A stretch of 64,000 nucleotides of DNA from contig MPNA01000011.1 in assembly GCA_002238785.1 (NCBI GenBank), positions 10,304 to 74,303 on the forward strand, in the 5' to 3' direction. The notes below the pieces were generated by a model that saw nothing but the letters and a program-made list of their open reading frames with translations, did not search any database and had not been told where the DNA came from. This document shows, one piece after another, positions 60,302-64,000 of this stretch. The number at the start of each line of letters is the position of its first letter. Positions within the stretch are counted from its first letter, which is position 1. Source of the stretch: a bacterium OM1 bin76. Its GTDB lineage: Bacteria > Actinomycetota > Acidimicrobiia > Spongiisociales > ZC4RG35. Position numbers and translations under genes: made by a program.

Positions 60302-61288
60302 TCAAGCCTGGGAGACCGGCGAAGCAAATAGGTGACAGTTCACCAGGTGGGTCCTATCCACCTCAACGGTCTCGGGAGTAGTGGTGCAGATCTCCATAAC
60401 ATGGGGGCAGCGGGTCCGGAACCGGCAACCGGAGGGGGGGTCGAGTGGACTGGGCAATTCGCCGACGATCTCCAACCGGGGGCCGCGGTCCCGGGGATGG
60501 TCGGGCAAGTCGGCTGCCAGCAGTCCCTGGGTGTAGGGGTGCTGGGGTGAATCAAAGATCCGGTCGGTGGGCCCCTGTTCCACGATGCGACCCATGTACA
60601 TGACCGCCACCTGGTCGGCCACGTATTGCACGGTGGCCAGATCGTGGGAGATCATCAGATAGGTGGTGTTGAAATCTCGCTGAATGTCCTTGAGTAGATT
60701 CAGCACTTGGGCTTGGACGGAGACATCGAGTGCTGAGACTGGCTCGTCGAGCACCAGTAGCCGGGGATCGGTGATTAGGGCGCCTGCCAAAGCAATCCGC
60801 TGGCGCTGACCACCGCTGAACTCGTGGGGGAAGAGTTCTCCGTGCCACCGTTCCATGCCCACCTTCTCCAGCGTCTCTCCCACCCGTTCTCTCAACTCCT
60901 CCCTCGAAACGCTTCGATTGACGACCAGAGCTTCTCCGACGATATTCCGCACTCGCATTCGTGGACTCAACGAGGCCCAGGGATCCTGGAACACGGCTTG
61001 AAGGTGGGTGCGGAACCACCGCCTCTCGCTGCGTTTCAGACGGTGAATGTCCTTGCCGTCCAGGGTCACCGTCCCGCTGGTAGGCCGGGTCAGTCTCAGG
61101 AGGAGGCGGGCCGTGGTTGTCTTGCCACATCCAGATTCACCCACCAGGGCAAGGGTCTTGCCCTCCTCGATGGAAAAGCTGACTCCGTCAACGGCTCGAA
61201 CATGGCCAATGACCCGACCTCCGTATTGGCCTGACGACACCGGGAAGTGCTTTACCAAGTCTTCGACGACCATCACCGGATTCTTCAT
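60302..61288 (-). CDS. Peptide/nickel-type ABC transporter ATPase (DppF/OppF-like)
   Basis: Start at MKNPVMVVEDL (ATGA overlap with the upstream gene). GESGCGKTT, FSGGQRQR. C-terminal Cys-containing oligopeptide_C domain. Confidence 0.9.
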   Translation of the reverse strand: MKNPVMVVEDLVKHFPVSSGQYGGRVIGHVRAVDGVSFSIEEGKTLALVGESGCGKTTTARLLLRLTRPTSGTVTLDGKDIHRLKRSERRWFRTHLQAVFQDPWASLSPRMRVRNIVGEALVVNRSVSREELRERVGETLEKVGMERWHGELFPHEFSGGQRQRIALAGALITDPRLLVLDEPVSALDVSVQAQVLNLLKDIQRDFNTTYLMISHDLATVQYVADQVAVMYMGRIVEQGPTDRIFDSPQHPYTQGLLAADLPDHPRDRGPRLEIVGELPSPLDPPSGCRFRTRCPHVMEICTTTPETVEVDRTHLVNCHLFASPVSQA

Positions 61289-62289
61289 GGTGTCTCCTCC
61301 GCCAGCCAGCATGCCGCCCGGTGGTAGTCCCCTATTTCAAACGACGGGGGATACTGCTCCTCGCAGCGCCGGTATGCATGACGACATCTCGGCGCGAAGG
61401 CGCACCCCGGAGGCAGATCGATGAGCGAGGGAGGTTGTCCTTCGATGGAGGGCAGTCTGGCGGCTTGGCGTCCCCGTCGGGGACGGGCCTCCAGCAGCGC
61501 CCTGGTGTACGGGTGGCGGGGATTGTCGAATATATCGGACACTGGTCCCTGCTCAACAATCCGCCCTGCGTACATCACAGCCACCCGATCGCAAGACTCC
61601 GCAATCACGCCAAAGTCATGGGTGATCAGGATGATGCCGATGGAGGTCTCCTTCCGGATCTCGTCAAGGAGACGCAGGTACTGAGCCTGGATCGTTACGT
61701 CAAGCGCCGTTGTCGGCTCGTCTGCGATGAGGACAGACGGCTGACATGCAATGGCCATGGCGCCCACCACCCGTTGCTTCATGCCGCCGCTCATCTGGTG
61801 GGGGAAGTCGCGCAGGCGCCGCTCGGGCGCCGGTACCCGCACGCTCTGGAGGGCGGCTACCGACCGCTTGAGAACCTCTGCCGAAGAAGCGGCCATGCCA
61901 TGCAGGCGAATCGCTTCGGCCAGTTGGTTTCCCACGGAATACACCGGGTTCAACGATTGCTGTGGGTCCTGGAGGATCATGGAGATCTCCCGCCCCCTGA
62001 TCCGGCGCATCTGCTTGGCGCTGAGCAAGAGGAGGTCCTGCCCGTTGAGCAGGACCTGGCCCCCGAGAATCCGTCCTGCTGGCTCGGGCGTCAGCCTCAC
62101 CAGCGACAGAGCGAGCATGCTCTTCCCGCTGCCGGATTCACCCACAATGCCGAGCATCTCGCCCGGGTAAAGCCGGAGAGAAACCCCATCCACCGCCTTG
62201 GTCACGCCCCAACGGGTGTACAGATGTGTGACTAAGTCCCTCACGTCCAAGATGGGATCGACATCCCTTCCAGGTGGCACGGCGGTCAT
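61285..62289 (-). CDS. Peptide/nickel-type ABC transporter ATPase (DppD/OppD-like)
   Basis: Start at MTAVPPG (ATGA overlap with the permease stop). GESGSGKSM, MSGGMKQR. Confidence 0.9.
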   Translation of the reverse strand: MTAVPPGRDVDPILDVRDLVTHLYTRWGVTKAVDGVSLRLYPGEMLGIVGESGSGKSMLALSLVRLTPEPAGRILGGQVLLNGQDLLLLSAKQMRRIRGREISMILQDPQQSLNPVYSVGNQLAEAIRLHGMAASSAEVLKRSVAALQSVRVPAPERRLRDFPHQMSGGMKQRVVGAMAIACQPSVLIADEPTTALDVTIQAQYLRLLDEIRKETSIGIILITHDFGVIAESCDRVAVMYAGRIVEQGPVSDIFDNPRHPYTRALLEARPRRGRQAARLPSIEGQPPSLIDLPPGCAFAPRCRHAYRRCEEQYPPSFEIGDYHRAACWLAEETP

Positions 62290-63233
62290 CGTCGCTGGCG
62301 CATCTTGGGATCCAGGAAGTCCCGGAGCCAGTCTCCGAGAAGGTTCAGCGACAGCACCACCAGGAGGATCGCCAATCCGGGAAAGAGCGATATCCACCAG
62401 GCGATCAGCACCTGGTCCCTTCCGTCAGCCACCATCACTCCCCAACTCGGGTTGGGTCTGGGGATTCCGGCGCCGATGAAGCTCAGCGACGACTCACTCA
62501 GGATCACGACTCCAACCTGCAGGGTGGCGAGAACGATCAGGGTGTTGGCCACATTTGGTAGCACGTGCCGCAGGAGGATCCGCCATGGGCGGGAACCGGC
62601 CACCTTGGATCGGGCGACGTATTCGGATTCGCGCACGGCAAGCGTGTCACCTCTCACCTGTCTGGCGAAGTATGCCCACATGGTGATGGCAATGATCGTC
62701 ACGATGGTTATGAACGACGGTCCGATCGCCGCCACGATGACCAGTGCCAGCAGCACGATGGGAAGACTCAGGAAGGTGTCGATCAGCCAACTGACCACCC
62801 GGTCGATCCAACCACCGAAATACCCGGCCATCAGTCCCAGGGTGGTGCCTACCGAAGCACCGACCAAGATCGTGAGCGAGGCCACCGTGAGGGAGATTCG
62901 GGCACCGTAGATGATCCTGGTGAGGATGTCGCGGCCCAGTTTGTCGGTGCCCAGGGGATAGGTCCAGGACCCACCCTCGATCCATGCCGGTGGGGTCAGG
63001 CGGTCAGCGAGAACTCCTCGGAGGGGATCGTGAACGGTGATCACATCTGCCAGGAGCGCCGGAAGGAGTAACAGGAACACGATGATGCAGATGGGAATCC
63101 AGGGCACTTTGTCGGAGCGGGTCCGCAACCAGGGAAACCAGCGGCGTCGACCCTCGGCCGTGCCGACAGCCTGCTCAGAGGAAGCAGTTGGAGATTCCCG
63201 TCCCGACCCGGAGAACAACCTGCCAAACGGCAT
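62286..63233 (-). CDS. ABC transporter permease (DppC/OppC-like)
   Basis: 6 TM segments. EAA-loop region EYVARSKVAGSRPWRILLRHVLPN. Confidence 0.9.
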   Translation of the reverse strand: MPFGRLFSGSGRESPTASSEQAVGTAEGRRRWFPWLRTRSDKVPWIPICIIVFLLLLPALLADVITVHDPLRGVLADRLTPPAWIEGGSWTYPLGTDKLGRDILTRIIYGARISLTVASLTILVGASVGTTLGLMAGYFGGWIDRVVSWLIDTFLSLPIVLLALVIVAAIGPSFITIVTIIAITMWAYFARQVRGDTLAVRESEYVARSKVAGSRPWRILLRHVLPNVANTLIVLATLQVGVVILSESSLSFIGAGIPRPNPSWGVMVADGRDQVLIAWWISLFPGLAILLVVLSLNLLGDWLRDFLDPKMRQRR

Positions 63234-64000
63234 CAGGCGAGAGACCTCTGCCCGAGTCTCACCCTCGGATCGAGGTAGGCGTATGTTACGTCGACCAGAA
63301 GATTCATTACGACGATCACCGTCGCGGTGAAGAGGGCCAGTGCCTGGACAACCGGGAAGTCACGGGCATTGGCCGCCTCGAAAGCCAGGAACCCCACGCC
63401 CGGCCAGGAGAAGACGATCTCCACCACCGTTGCCCCGGTGAGCATTCGAACCGCAACGCCCCCGAAGAAGGTCAGGGGTCCGATCGAGGCTGGCTTGAGG
63501 GCATGCTTCATGATCACCCAGAACTCTGAGACTCCCTTGAGGCGCGCCAGTTTGATGTACTCGCTTCCCAGGGTCTCCAACATGGCCGATCTAAAGAGGC
63601 GCAGGAGGGCGGCGATGCCGAAGATCGCGATGACAAAGCTCGGCAGGATATAGCTGGACCAACTGCCTATACCTGAGGTGGGGATGAATTTCCACGGCAC
63701 CGCGATCAGCCAGATGAGCATGATGGCCAGCCAGAACTCAGGAACCGACTGACCGAACAGCGCCAGGCCCTTGGCAATCCTGTCCGCGGGAGAGCCGCGT
63801 TTGACCGCCGAGAGAATCCCCAGGGGGATGCCGATAGTCACCACCAACAGGGTGGCCACCATGCCCAGCCTGATCGAGGCGGGGAGCCTGTCGGCGATGA
63901 TGCCCCCGGCCGTCTCGGTGGGATACAGGAAAGAGGGGCCGAAATCACCCCGGAGGGCGTTGGCTATGAAAGACCGGTATTGCTCGGGCAGGGACTTGTC
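63233..64000 (-). CDS. ABC transporter permease (DppB/OppB-like), 5' end beyond the window
   Basis: The frame stays open to the window edge (…DKSLPEQYRSFIANALRGDFGPSF…). EYIKLARLKGVSEFWVIMKHALK EAA loop. Confidence 0.85.
   Translation of the reverse strand, partial: DKSLPEQYRSFIANALRGDFGPSFLYPTETAGGIIADRLPASIRLGMVATLLVVTIGIPLGILSAVKRGSPADRIAKGLALFGQSVPEFWLAIMLIWLIAVPWKFIPTSGIGSWSSYILPSFVIAIFGIAALLRLFRSAMLETLGSEYIKLARLKGVSEFWVIMKHALKPASIGPLTFFGGVAVRMLTGATVVEIVFSWPGVGFLAFEAANARDFPVVQALALFTATVIVVMNLLVDVTYAYLDPRVRLGQRSLA

Overview
Visibly GC-rich, gene-dense chromosomal segment of actinobacterial type. Pointers to Actinomycetota are a bS22 micro-gene, DUF3151, a DUF222-HNH gene, a PPOX/F420-type enzyme and a CpaE/Ssd-like protein; no finer taxon can be called from sequence alone. 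I found no rRNA, tRNA or CRISPR array by eye.

Both flanks (1-17.7 kb and 33.8-64 kb) are ordinary housekeeping and metabolic genes:
- Left flank: vapBC, proC, bcp, an HdrD-like Fe-S reductase, pheA, a form II coxS-L-M type molybdoenzyme, an NfeD/stomatin pair, ppdK.
- Right flank: a heterodimeric ABC exporter, clpB, a LigC-like ligase, thrB, bS22, acyl-CoA dehydrogenase/MaoC, an S9 peptidase, mmsA, zwf.
- Also on the right: three tandem MFS paralogues, and a Dpp-like ABC importer followed by LeuA-like, FAH and O-methyltransferase genes.

The middle (about 17.8-33.8 kb) is a rearranged accessory stretch and the most interesting part:
- A roughly 5-6 kb tandem segmental duplication (lipoprotein / VanZ / SDR / ... 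/ NCS2-type permease). The second copy is decaying into pseudogenes but holds an intact CotH-kinase/lamin-tail lipoprotein gene.
- A DUF222-HNH gene present only in copy A.
- A ~95-nt permease-leader sequence present three times. Each copy bounds a different cargo block.
- One of those blocks is a single-gene, AT-richer cassette encoding a Schlafen-type AlbA_2 / HATPase_c_4 / wHTH protein, bracketed by two nested repeat pairs.
- Directly next to it is a dead type III restriction-modification operon (5'-truncated mod; res with two frameshifts and an in-frame TGA).

No integrase or transposase is visible, so how this locus turns over is unexplained. All functional calls rest on motif and family recognition by eye. 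No database search was run.
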